A stretch of DNA of 64,000 nt, from contig CAWDOD010000011.1 in assembly GCA_963803805.1 (NCBI GenBank), forward strand, positions 512,001 through 576,000. The letters run 5' to 3'. The notes below the pieces were generated by a model, which was not told the origin of the DNA, did no database searches, and saw only the letters and a program-made list of their open reading frames with translations. Positions 8,569 through 18,010 of the stretch are shown here, piece after piece (position 1 is the stretch's first letter; each line of letters opens with the position of its first letter). The translations under genes and the position numbers were made by a program. This DNA comes from an uncultured cyanobacterium (GTDB taxonomy: Bacteria; Cyanobacteriota; Cyanobacteriia; Cyanobacteriales; CAWCAG01).

Positions 8569-10281
8569 TCATTTTCTTCCTTTGAGGAAATAGGTAGTCA
8601 TCTTCCCTTTACCCTTAATAGCAATCTTGCCTCTTTTCTCTAAATAATACTTATCCTTAAGTAGTTGGTGTGTTGTTTCTGTAACTTGGATTTCTCCGGC
8701 AAGCCCTTGGGATTCCATGCGGCTAGCAACATTAACGGCATCTCCCCAAAGATCATAAACGAATTTCTTCAAGCCGATTACCCCAGCAACCACCGAACCT
8801 GTGTTGATGCCGATGCGTATTTGGAAAGGACGGCCATTGACTTCTCTAAACTTAGCAATCTCTTCTTGCATCGCTAGGGCCATTTCAGCGATCGCTTCGG
8901 CATGGTTAGCCGCAGGTACAGGTAAACCCCCCACTACTAAATAAGCGTCCCCAATGGTTTTGATTTTTTCTAAGCCATACTTATCTGCAAGGCGATCAAA
9001 AGCAGAAACTATTTCATTCAATAAATTTACTAATTCTGTAGGGCTTAGTAAGGAAGCTAGTTGAGTAAAGTTAACCAAATCAGCAAAGAGAATTGTCACC
9101 TGCTCAAAACGTCTGGCAATGGAACCAGGATTCTGTTTCAGTTCTTCAGCAATTTTTTGCGGCAAAATATTTAGTATAAGGCGTTCAGACTTTTCTTTTT
9201 CTAAGCGTAGTTCTGATTCAGCCTTCTGGCGTTCTTGAATTTCTACTTGTAGTTGTCCATTAAGCTGATTGAGTTGGGCATTATCACCCTTGAGGCGTTT
9301 ATTTAAGTTCTCAATTTTCTCATTAGCTTGGGAAAGTTGATTAATATAGATAATTTCGCGATCTCGCAAGCGTTTTTTTTCTAAACAGGCACTAATTCTC
9401 GCTTGTAACAAAACGGAGTTACAGGGTTTAGGTAAATAGTCCACTGCCCCCATTTCAATACATTTAACTGCACTATCTAATTCTCCTAAAGAAGAGATGA
9501 CAATGGTGGGTATATGTCGCCAAGCTGGGTTAGCTTTAAGATGTTTCAAGACCTCGTAACCATTCATCTGGGGCATAATGACATCAAGAATGATTAAATC
9601 GTAATTATTCTTAGCCAACATCTCTAAAGCTTGTTGCCCATTGACACTAGTAGCTACGCTATAGCTTTGTTTTTCTAGTTGGCGAGAGAGCAAGTCTCTG
9701 TTGGTAGGATTGTCATCTACGACTAGAATATGACTTGAGGTTAAGTTCTGCTCTAAATTGCCACTGACCTGAATTTCTAGTTTTTCTATTAAGTTTTCTT
9801 CTAAACTTTCTTCAGAAATAACCTCTTGCCATTTATGCTGAGCAAGGGTGCTGAGATTTTCAATCATTGCTGATAAATCTTGGGCTGCGGCACTTATTTT
9901 ATCTAAATCCGAGCGCATTTCTTGAGAATTGAGTTTCTCAAACAATAACTGACAATAACTAGTAATTTTATTTAAAGGCGGTTGCAACTCTTTTTTAATT
10001 TCTTCTTGATATCTAGCTAAATCTAAACTAAAATCCTCAGAAATCAGGGAAACAGGATTAAGGATAGTATTAATAGAATCAAGTATTTCTTGGCCACAAA
10101 CATTAACTTCTTCTAGCTCTTCTTGACCTTTTTGTTGCTCAATATCTGCTAATTCTTCCAGTAAAATTTCACTATAACCATTAACAGCATTCATAGGAGT
10201 ACGCAATTCGTGCCGTAGGTAAGCTAAGATAGTTTGCTGAACTTGAGTTTCTTTCGGAATAGCAAAATTGCTGTCACTCAT
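8569..10281 (-). CDS. Class III adenylate cyclase with N-terminal HisKA-like helices and REC domain
   Basis: LRHELRTPMNA; REC (LVVDD, ILDVIMP, KP); cyclase motifs LFADLVNFT, KIKTIGDAY, YDLWGDAVNVASRMES. Confidence 0.92.
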   Translation of the reverse strand: MSDSNFAIPKETQVQQTILAYLRHELRTPMNAVNGYSEILLEELADIEQQKGQEELEEVNVCGQEILDSINTILNPVSLISEDFSLDLARYQEEIKKELQPPLNKITSYCQLLFEKLNSQEMRSDLDKISAAAQDLSAMIENLSTLAQHKWQEVISEESLEENLIEKLEIQVSGNLEQNLTSSHILVVDDNPTNRDLLSRQLEKQSYSVATSVNGQQALEMLAKNNYDLIILDVIMPQMNGYEVLKHLKANPAWRHIPTIVISSLGELDSAVKCIEMGAVDYLPKPCNSVLLQARISACLEKKRLRDREIIYINQLSQANEKIENLNKRLKGDNAQLNQLNGQLQVEIQERQKAESELRLEKEKSERLILNILPQKIAEELKQNPGSIARRFEQVTILFADLVNFTQLASLLSPTELVNLLNEIVSAFDRLADKYGLEKIKTIGDAYLVVGGLPVPAANHAEAIAEMALAMQEEIAKFREVNGRPFQIRIGINTGSVVAGVIGLKKFVYDLWGDAVNVASRMESQGLAGEIQVTETTHQLLKDKYYLEKRGKIAIKGKGKMTTYFLKGRK

Positions 10282-10652
10282 GGATTTGCTTTTGTTAATA
10301 GAGCTTCAATCTTAGCTAAAAGATTCTTTAAGTTGATGGGTTTAGTATCATAATCATCACAACCGGCTGCCAAAGCTTTCTCGCGATCGCCTGACATAGC
10401 ATGGGCTGTTAAAGCAATTATGGGAATAGCCTGGGTTTGAGGATTGGCTTTAATTTTGCCTGTGGCTTCCCAACCATCCAACACCGGCAAACTCATATCC
10501 ATCAAAATAAGGTCTGGGCTTTCGCTACTAGCCATTGCCACCCCCTCAGCCCCATCTACAGCAATAGTTACTTCATATTGTCTTCGCTGTAAACGCCGAG
10601 AAAGCATATCACGATTCATTTCATTATCTTCCACTAAAAGAATTTTAGCCAT
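10278..10652 (-). CDS. Single-domain response regulator (DivK-like)
   Basis: ILLVEDN, LMDMSLP, ALTAHA, TKP. Confidence 0.93.
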   Translation of the reverse strand: MAKILLVEDNEMNRDMLSRRLQRRQYEVTIAVDGAEGVAMASSESPDLILMDMSLPVLDGWEATGKIKANPQTQAIPIIALTAHAMSGDREKALAAGCDDYDTKPINLKNLLAKIEALLTKANP

Positions 10653-10666
10653 AGCTTTGCCTTTGT

Positions 10667-13369
10667 TTAAATTGTTTGGGATAGAAGTTTGGTTACTTCC
10701 GATGCTAAATTTTCCTCATCGCGACCACATCTTTGGATAATCTTTTCGGCATATCCGTTTAGACGTTGGCGGTCTTCTAAAGTCAAATCTTTAGCTGTTA
10801 AGATAATTATGGGAATTGATTGCCACTCTTTGTTTTCATGTAACTGTTCCACTAATTCAAAGCCATCCATTTCCGGCATCATTAAGTCGAGAATTAGAAC
10901 TTGGGGCAAAGAAGCTGCAATTTTTTCTAGGGCAATTTGTCCATTCTCTGCTTCCTCTACCTGCCACCCTTCTTGTTCTAAGTGACGACTGATGATTTCG
11001 CGATTATCCTTGACATCATCAACCACCATAATCACCTGAGAAGAATTATCTGATTTATACTTGTGCAGAATTTTGCTCAAGCGATGGCGATCAATCGGTT
11101 TAGAGAGATAGTCTTTGGCCCCCAAAGCATAACCCAGCTTTTTATTATCTACCATAGTAGTCATAACCACAGGAATATTAGCTAATTCTGGGTCAGCTTT
11201 GAGTTGAGTAAGAATCGACCAACCATCAACTTTAGGCATCATGACATCTAAAATAATCGCTTGAGGTTGCAGTTCCTTGGCCAAGAGTAAGCCTTTTTCA
11301 CCATCAGAGGCTAAAGTGACATTGAACCCTTCTTTAGTTAAATGACGCTGCATTAATTCCCTGGCTGCGGGATCATCATCAATTACCAAGATGCGATTGA
11401 TTTGAGCAGGAATTGGAGGGTTTTGCAGAGATAGGGCAGATAAATCCTCTTCTGGAGAAGCTTTAACCTGGGCTGGTAAATGAATGGTGAAGTTAGAACC
11501 TTTACCACACTCGCTGGTAACTTCGATTTTCCCCCCCATTATTTCACAAAACTTTTTGGTGATAGCAAGTCCCAATCCTGTACCACCAAACTTGCGAGTA
11601 GTAGAAGTATCAGCTTGGCTAAAAGCTTGAAATAGCTTAGCCATTTGCTCAGCACTCATACCAATACCTGTATCTTTAACTTCAAATTTAAGCCAATCTA
11701 GATTTTGCTTTTGGTAACGCTCAACAGTAAGATGAATTTGGCCATTTTCTGTAAACTTGCTGGCATTACTGAGCAAATTAAACAGATTTTGTCTGAGCTT
11801 AGTAATATCTATTTCCATATTACCAATATTCTCTGGGCAACTAAGAATTAAGGTGTTGGCATTTTTATTGATCAAAGGTTGAATAGTCGCCACCACATCA
11901 TCAATTTCTTGTTTGATGTTGCAGGTTTCTAGATACAACTCCATCTTACCTGCTTCAATTTTAGATAAGTCGAGGATGTCATTGATTAAACCAAGGAGAT
12001 GTTCCCCAGAACTTTGAATTTTATCTAAGTCAGGGACAAACTCTTCTGGTTCTAAGTCTTCAGCCTCTTCAATTAACATCTCGCTATAGCCGATAATGGC
12101 ATTGAGGGGAGTTCGCAATTCATGGCTCATGTTAGCTAGAAAAGTACTTTTAGCTTTATTAGCTTTCTCTGCTTCTGCCATACTTGCTTTCAACTGTGCG
12201 GTGCGTTTTTCAACCTTTTGTTCTAAGGTGCGATTAGCGTTAGCTAATTGTTCACGGGCATGGTTAAGGGCTTGATTTTTGCTTTCTAGTTTCAAAAAAG
12301 ATTCCTGTAGTTGTTGGGCCATGCGGTTGAAGGTTCTAGCTAAGATGCCTAACTCATCTTTACGCTTTACAGGTACTCTTTGTTCTAGTTTGCCGTCGGC
12401 AAGGGTTGTGGCTGCTTCTGTAAGTTCAGTAATGGGTTGCACTAGGCGATCAGCAGCAAACCAAGTAACTAAACAAACACTTAACATCGCTAGCCCTGTT
12501 ACTACGCAAGCAAAATAGACGAATAGTCTTTCTTGTTGTAAAACCTCTGCTTCTTGTTGCAGCACAATAATTCCCCAATCACTATTCAGAGGGACAGTAT
12601 AAGACAACCAACGCACTCCTTTCTCATCTTGGAAAATAAAACGACCTTCTTTGCCTTTCAACCAGCGACGCACCGGAGGATAATCTCGATAATTTACTAA
12701 TTCATCAGCAACAGCTAGTTCCGAATGAGTATCAGATTCAATATGGGGATGGGCTAAGATATTCCCCTTGTCGTCCACCAAAAAAGCGTGGCCTGTTTTG
12801 CCAACTGTGACATTATCTATTTGTTTGGTTAACTCTTGTAGGCTGGTGCAAACTACTCCCACACCAAGGATAATTTCTTGTTGGTGAATGGGTGTAGAAA
12901 GGCAAATACCCGGTTGGTTGGTAGTGCGACTAATTAAGGTTTGGCGGGTAATTTCTTTGCCATTAACCGCTTTCAAAAACCACTGGCGATCGCTATAATC
13001 TTTGTTAGCTTCATCGTCTTGACGAGCAACATTAACGCCCTGCAAATCTGTTGTAGCAATTAAATACATCTCCGGATAAATTTGAGCCATCGCTTCCAAG
13101 ATCGGCTTCTGCCTTTGGGCATCCATGCTCACAATGCCCGGTTGTACGCTGAGATTTTCTAAAGCGGAAACCACCATTTTGTCCCAGGTTTCCAGGTTAT
13201 CTGCTAAAGCCAGAGCCGTTTTTCCTAAGTTTTCTTGGGCGTGATCGCGTAAAATTTGAGCAGCACGGAAGCTAGGAAACAATATAGCTGCTAACATCGG
13301 AGGAACTACAGCTAGCAGGATGAGGAGAGTCAGGCGTAAACGTAGGTTGCCGAAGGATGGCTTTTTCAT
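10667..13369 (-). CDS. Hybrid histidine kinase (Cache-HAMP-HisKA-HATPase-REC-REC)
   Basis: Two TMs flanking a Cache domain (YSDRQWF), HAMP (DELGILARTFNRM), SHELRTPLN, GGTGLGL and two receiver domains. Start is ATG 13369 or the upstream TTG at 13408. Confidence 0.92.
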   Translation of the reverse strand: MKKPSFGNLRLRLTLLILLAVVPPMLAAILFPSFRAAQILRDHAQENLGKTALALADNLETWDKMVVSALENLSVQPGIVSMDAQRQKPILEAMAQIYPEMYLIATTDLQGVNVARQDDEANKDYSDRQWFLKAVNGKEITRQTLISRTTNQPGICLSTPIHQQEIILGVGVVCTSLQELTKQIDNVTVGKTGHAFLVDDKGNILAHPHIESDTHSELAVADELVNYRDYPPVRRWLKGKEGRFIFQDEKGVRWLSYTVPLNSDWGIIVLQQEAEVLQQERLFVYFACVVTGLAMLSVCLVTWFAADRLVQPITELTEAATTLADGKLEQRVPVKRKDELGILARTFNRMAQQLQESFLKLESKNQALNHAREQLANANRTLEQKVEKRTAQLKASMAEAEKANKAKSTFLANMSHELRTPLNAIIGYSEMLIEEAEDLEPEEFVPDLDKIQSSGEHLLGLINDILDLSKIEAGKMELYLETCNIKQEIDDVVATIQPLINKNANTLILSCPENIGNMEIDITKLRQNLFNLLSNASKFTENGQIHLTVERYQKQNLDWLKFEVKDTGIGMSAEQMAKLFQAFSQADTSTTRKFGGTGLGLAITKKFCEIMGGKIEVTSECGKGSNFTIHLPAQVKASPEEDLSALSLQNPPIPAQINRILVIDDDPAARELMQRHLTKEGFNVTLASDGEKGLLLAKELQPQAIILDVMMPKVDGWSILTQLKADPELANIPVVMTTMVDNKKLGYALGAKDYLSKPIDRHRLSKILHKYKSDNSSQVIMVVDDVKDNREIISRHLEQEGWQVEEAENGQIALEKIAASLPQVLILDLMMPEMDGFELVEQLHENKEWQSIPIIILTAKDLTLEDRQRLNGYAEKIIQRCGRDEENLASEVTKLLSQTI

Positions 13370-13401
13370 TTGATTAACTAAGTCATTAAAGTAAGTCAGT
13401 T

Positions 13402-14379
13402 TTAACAATTACTGCTACAAATCCATTTCTCCATCTCCTCATCTCCCCACCTCCCCGTCTTCAAGTCTCCCTGAGTAGGTGCTGCCAATAAGTTACTCAA
13501 TTTTGTTAAGGTTAAATCAGGACAATTTTTTTTCATTTGTTTACCGAGGGTATTGGTTGCACTAATCTCTATGACCTTTTTTATGCCTGCTGTAGATAGT
13601 TGTGTAGAAATACCTTGCCACTGAACAGGTTGCACCATCTGGGCGATGAGGTTTTGTTTAAGGTGAGGGATGTTGGTGCTATTGTACAGTCCTTTACTGC
13701 CCAGGAGAGGAAATTGCAGTGGTTTGAAAGGAGTAGCATTTAAAATAGGTTGAAATTTTGCTGCTGTGGTAGTTAATAAAGGAGAGTGGAAAGCAGCACT
13801 AACATTTAATTTATTGGTATGTCTAACTTTGATTTTGTTTAACAAAGAGGTTACACCTTCCGGGGTTCCAGAAACAATTACTCTATTAAGGTCGTCATTA
13901 GCCCGCCAAACCTTGGGGCTGTTTTGCAATGCCTGGACTAATTGTTGCCGATTAAAGCCAACTAAACTCACCATCACCCCCGGAGGCGCTTTAGCCATTA
14001 ATTCTGCTCGACTTTTGGTTAAATACAATCCTGTTTCAAAGTTAAAGGCTCCTGCGGCATAAAGGGCTGCATATTCCCCCAAGCTATAGCCGGCGAGGAG
14101 ATGGGGTTGATAGCCCTTTTGTCGTAACAGATCGATTAAGATGGTTGCAAAAACAAATAAACAAGGTTGAGTGTAAAGGGTTTGGGATAACCTCTTGATG
14201 GGACTTTGCCATAACTCAGCCACAGACCAACCTAAAATTCCTTGGGCTTGTTGCAATCTTTTTTTTGTTAAGGTTAAATGCAGTAAGTCTTTGCCCATGC
14301 CAGTCATTTGGGAACCTTGACCAGGAAATATCCAAACAGTTTTGATGTTTTCTGGAGATTGGTAGTTAATGAAACTCAT
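13402..14379 (-). CDS. ACP S-malonyltransferase (FabD)-like acyltransferase
   Basis: FPGQGSQ, TQP, GYSLGE nucleophile motif, R in KSRAELM, SAAFHS, PVQW. Confidence 0.85.
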   Translation of the reverse strand: MSFINYQSPENIKTVWIFPGQGSQMTGMGKDLLHLTLTKKRLQQAQGILGWSVAELWQSPIKRLSQTLYTQPCLFVFATILIDLLRQKGYQPHLLAGYSLGEYAALYAAGAFNFETGLYLTKSRAELMAKAPPGVMVSLVGFNRQQLVQALQNSPKVWRANDDLNRVIVSGTPEGVTSLLNKIKVRHTNKLNVSAAFHSPLLTTTAAKFQPILNATPFKPLQFPLLGSKGLYNSTNIPHLKQNLIAQMVQPVQWQGISTQLSTAGIKKVIEISATNTLGKQMKKNCPDLTLTKLSNLLAAPTQGDLKTGRWGDEEMEKWICSSNC

Positions 14380-14548
14380 AGTTGCTCTGGCATCTACCTT
14401 GGCTCTAAAGTTCTATAGTTGTTAAAACCTAACTCAATTTACTTCAAGGCAGCAAGGCTATTTTTCGGGAGTAAGGTTCTGTTTTATGGAAAACTTTATT
14501 TATTAAATTTTGATAAAGTTCAAGAGATATTTTTAAGGGCGATCGCTT

Positions 14549-14708
14549 GTAGGGGCAGGTTTATTCAGAAGAGGTTGCCCAAGAAAGTGATGCAAATGCT
14601 GAAGATATTCGTGCTGTTGTAAAAAGAGCTTTTACTTACTAAAATCTGGTAGGTTAGATGTTTACCTTCTTTTGTTCTTCTAAAGAAAGCTCCCAACCCC
14701 GCTCCGAC
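14549..14708. repeat. REP-like element (GTAGGGGCAGGTTT ... AACCCGCTCCGAC)
   Basis: Imperfect inverted ends; same family as 48545-48606 and 43931-43945. Confidence 0.55.
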
Positions 14709-14832
14709 TGAAAAAATTTTGTTGAAACTGAATTTTATCTAATGAGATAATTATAACATAAATTGTGGTTTCCTGCTTCAATTATGAACCCTAAATTTTT
14801 AAAATCTGCTCTTGATAACATTGGTATAACCT

Positions 14833-15438
14833 ATGACCTATAGCCCATCCAAAATACTAAGCTTTGAAGAGTTTATCGCCCAACACGGGGACAATACCCG
14901 CTACGAACTCATTGATGGAGAAATAAGAGATATGGAACCTACTGGTCTTCATGAAGCTGTGGCTGGGAGTATTGCCGGTAGAATTTATGTCGAGATTTTT
15001 CAAGGGAAACTTAATTGGTTAGTTCCCAAAAATTGTTTAATTAAACCTTTATATGCTGAAGCTACAGCACTACGTCCTGATGTGGTGGTTTTAGATCGAG
15101 AAAAGCTGCTTCAAGAACCACTCTGGCAAAAAGAACCTGTGATTTGTAATGGGGATACTATCAAGTTAGTAGCCGAGGTAGTTAGTAGCAATTGGCAAGA
15201 TGATTATGCTCGAAAAGTAGAAGAATACGCTTTTTTAAAGATTCCAGAATATTGGATTGTGGATTTCCGGGGTTTGGGTGGGCTGCAATTTATCGGCAAC
15301 CCGAAGCAACCAACCTTGACAGTTTGTCAGCTAGTAGAGGGCGTATATCAGCACCAACAATATCGCTTAGGGCAAGGAATTGCTTCTAAGTTATTTCCTC
15401 AGTTAAAATTACGACTAGATGATTTGATGCTTGTCTAA
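14833..15438 (+). CDS. Uma2 family (DUF820) endonuclease-like protein
   Basis: RYELIDG, RPDVVV, LVAEVVS, IPEYWIVD. Confidence 0.92.
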   Translation: MTYSPSKILSFEEFIAQHGDNTRYELIDGEIRDMEPTGLHEAVAGSIAGRIYVEIFQGKLNWLVPKNCLIKPLYAEATALRPDVVVLDREKLLQEPLWQKEPVICNGDTIKLVAEVVSSNWQDDYARKVEEYAFLKIPEYWIVDFRGLGGLQFIGNPKQPTLTVCQLVEGVYQHQQYRLGQGIASKLFPQLKLRLDDLMLV

Positions 15439-15508
15439 CCTTCGTCTTCAAAACTCAGTATAAGATTTTAGCAACTAGCGACTAGCCATTAGCTTATCGC
15501 TTAGCGTC

Positions 15509-15799
15509 CTACCTTATGGCTTGTTTTATAGCAGCTTCCAAGCCTTGCTTATCTAAATTAGTAATAATAAACACTTCCTGAACAGATTTTCCTTGCCGAG
15601 CGATCGCTTTATAACCACCACGAATAGGTACAGAAACTTTTAACTTAATTTTAGGACAATGACTTCTAGAGCGACTAATAACAGCAGGAGTCACAGTGCG
15701 GATACCTTCACATTTAATCAATCTTTCTAAAATAGGAATTAAACCGGATATATGGGTAGAATGATTCCAAACTAATCTGCCCCTAGACTCATGAGCCAT
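15509..15799 (-). CDS. DUF2103 family protein
   Basis: GRLVWNHSTHI...ARQGKSVQEVFI; usual neighbour of clpS. Confidence 0.8.
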   Translation of the reverse strand: MAHESRGRLVWNHSTHISGLIPILERLIKCEGIRTVTPAVISRSRSHCPKIKLKVSVPIRGGYKAIARQGKSVQEVFIITNLDKQGLEAAIKQAIR

Positions 15800-15803
15800 T
15801 ATG

Positions 15804-16133
15804 CTAAGCTTCCTCCAAAGGAGCCATGGTTAAACCGGCACGACTTAACTGTTGATGATATAATTCTGCGGGTTCTTGGGGGCCAATCCAGACAATCGCT
15901 TGTCCTTCAAAATGAACTTGGTTGGTTAATTCCCAGGCGCGATTGCTGGTCATATTAGGAATATATTTCATCAAGCATTCAGAAACGTGCTGAAAGGTAT
16001 TAAAGTCATCATCAAGAACAATTACCTTATAGTTAGGGTAAGGCTTGCGAGTAGTTTGATTAGTTTTTTCTGGGGTAACGACAGGGGAAGTCGTTGCTTT
16101 GATAGTTTCTGTTTTAATCATATTTACTAGCAT
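15804..16133 (-). CDS. clpS: ATP-dependent Clp protease adaptor
   Basis: YKVIVLDDDFNTFQHV...VHFEGQAIV; the true start may be a few codons downstream. Confidence 0.92.
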   Translation of the reverse strand: MLVNMIKTETIKATTSPVVTPEKTNQTTRKPYPNYKVIVLDDDFNTFQHVSECLMKYIPNMTSNRAWELTNQVHFEGQAIVWIGPQEPAELYHQQLSRAGLTMAPLEEA

Positions 16134-16208
16134 AGTGAACAGAAAACAATCTTATCTCGTTGCCTACCAGACTACTTTACCATTTTCTCTTTTTAAGCAA
16201 GGGCTGGT

Positions 16209-17828
16209 TTATGTATATTTTTGAATTACCTTACCGTAGTCTAGTTTAATGAGGCGGTCTGCAACCTCAAAATAGCTATCATCATGACTAATAACTAAAA
16301 CTGTTTTGCCCTGCTCTTTTAATTGGGGTAAAAATTGGGTATAAAAAACTTTCTTAAAAGTAGGATCTTGATCTGCTGCCCACTCATCAAAAAGATAAAT
16401 TGGCCTATCTTCTAAGTAAGCAGTCAGTAAAGCTAGTCGCTTTCTTTGACCTTGAGAAAGGTCAGTAGTGGAGAGTTGACCTCGATTAATTTTAACCTTT
16501 GATTCTAGTTGTAATTGTTGAAGATAGTTTTGTGCTTGCTGGTCTAAGTTGGGTTTAGCAAACCCCAAAAGTCGCTCAAATAAATAGAAGTCAGAAAAAA
16601 TTACTGCAAAGTGCTGACGATACCACTCTCTATTATCTTGCTTAATTAATTGTTGATCAAAATAAATGCTTCCTGCTTGGGGAAAATAAAGTCCTGTGAT
16701 TAACTTAGCTAGGGTAGATTTGCCGCTACCGTTACCACCGATAATAAAGACTATTTCCCCTGGTTGTAATTCTAAATCTAATGGTCCTAAAGTGAAATTA
16801 ACATCTTCTTGTTGATTAGAGTAGGTGTGAATTACTCCTTTCAGTTGTAAATGTCGCCATTCAAAGTTAAGAGGAGGTGGCTGAGTTGCAACTTCTGAGC
16901 AATTTGTTAAAGATAAATCTAGCATCGTGATTTTTTGGAGAGCAATATCAGCTTTGCTAAGTAAAGGAAGTTTGTTAACAATATTCTCCATTGGTCCACT
17001 TAAGTAAGTGAAAGTTAATACATAACCAGATAAAGTTTGGGGAGAAATTGTTAGGAAGTTGGGTAAGATAAACAACACTAAGCCAATAGCAAAAAAGAGA
17101 ATTAGTTTTCCCCAACTATCAGTGGTAGCAAATAGAGTTAGTCCTTTGATATTATGGTGTTTAAACTGATTAGCCGTGATTTGTAAATCTTCTTTTAAAA
17201 AGTCTTGACGACGTTGATAGTGAAGTTTGAGTTCTTTGGTTCCTTCGGTAATGGTACGAAAATGTTTGAAGAGTAAATCCTGTTCATCACGGGCGAGGGC
17301 AAGTAAGTACCTTCCTTTAGTTAATAGCAACCGACAACTAATTAAAGCGAGGAAAGATAAACCCATCACCAGAAATAAAACTTGCCAAGAAAGCCATGTA
17401 ATATAAATTAAACAACCTGCAACTACTGCTAAGTTAATAAACAGAAAAGGTAAAACATAAACAGCGTTGGCAATAGTTTGAATATCTTCAGTTAGGGTTG
17501 CTAAAAGTCGAGGGGAACCCAACTTTTCTAAATGAGTTAGTTCAGTAGCTAAAATTTGCCGACTCAAGCGTATTTGTAGTTGGAAAACTGACTCCTGAGA
17601 AAGTTTGATTAGGACTACTCGCGTGATAATACTTGTAAATAGAACTACCATTGCTAGTCCTGCGAAACTCCAGGCTATAGTGACGGGTGTAGTATTAATT
17701 CCATCTCCGAAAGTTTTACTAATTAAAGCAATTAAACCTGCACTACTTCCCCCACTAATGAACCCCATCAAAACTGCAATTACGACTAGTTGCCAGGAAG
17801 ATTTCGACAGGAAATAGATTAGTTTCAT
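16209..17828 (-). CDS. Cyclic peptide export ABC transporter (SyrD/PvdE/YojI type)
   Basis: Six TMs plus NBD; GGNGSGKST, LSQGQRKRLAL, FDEWAADQDP. Confidence 0.92.
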   Translation of the reverse strand: MKLIYFLSKSSWQLVVIAVLMGFISGGSSAGLIALISKTFGDGINTTPVTIAWSFAGLAMVVLFTSIITRVVLIKLSQESVFQLQIRLSRQILATELTHLEKLGSPRLLATLTEDIQTIANAVYVLPFLFINLAVVAGCLIYITWLSWQVLFLVMGLSFLALISCRLLLTKGRYLLALARDEQDLLFKHFRTITEGTKELKLHYQRRQDFLKEDLQITANQFKHHNIKGLTLFATTDSWGKLILFFAIGLVLFILPNFLTISPQTLSGYVLTFTYLSGPMENIVNKLPLLSKADIALQKITMLDLSLTNCSEVATQPPPLNFEWRHLQLKGVIHTYSNQQEDVNFTLGPLDLELQPGEIVFIIGGNGSGKSTLAKLITGLYFPQAGSIYFDQQLIKQDNREWYRQHFAVIFSDFYLFERLLGFAKPNLDQQAQNYLQQLQLESKVKINRGQLSTTDLSQGQRKRLALLTAYLEDRPIYLFDEWAADQDPTFKKVFYTQFLPQLKEQGKTVLVISHDDSYFEVADRLIKLDYGKVIQKYT

Positions 17829-17882
17829 TGAGTAATAGCTACGGCAATTATGACAAGTTAAAATAGTTTAGCATTTGAGGAT

Positions 17883-18003
17883 TAAGCTCAGACGCATTTA
17901 AAGGATAGATTATTGAATTAGCCAAAATAAGCTGTGGTTTTTACCCATTAACCCATTACCTATTACTTCGCCCCCATAGGTGAGCTAAATGACTAATAAC
18001 TTA
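17883..18003. repeat. Degenerate MITE-like element related to 2045-2171
   Basis: Starts TAAGCTCAGACGCATTTAA and ends CTAAATGACTAATAACTTA. Confidence 0.45.
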
Positions 18004-18010
18004 TCACCTA

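Noticed and set aside
14419-14622. 67-aa ORF upstream of the FabD-like gene
   Set aside because: TTG start, overlaps a REP-like element, no motifs.
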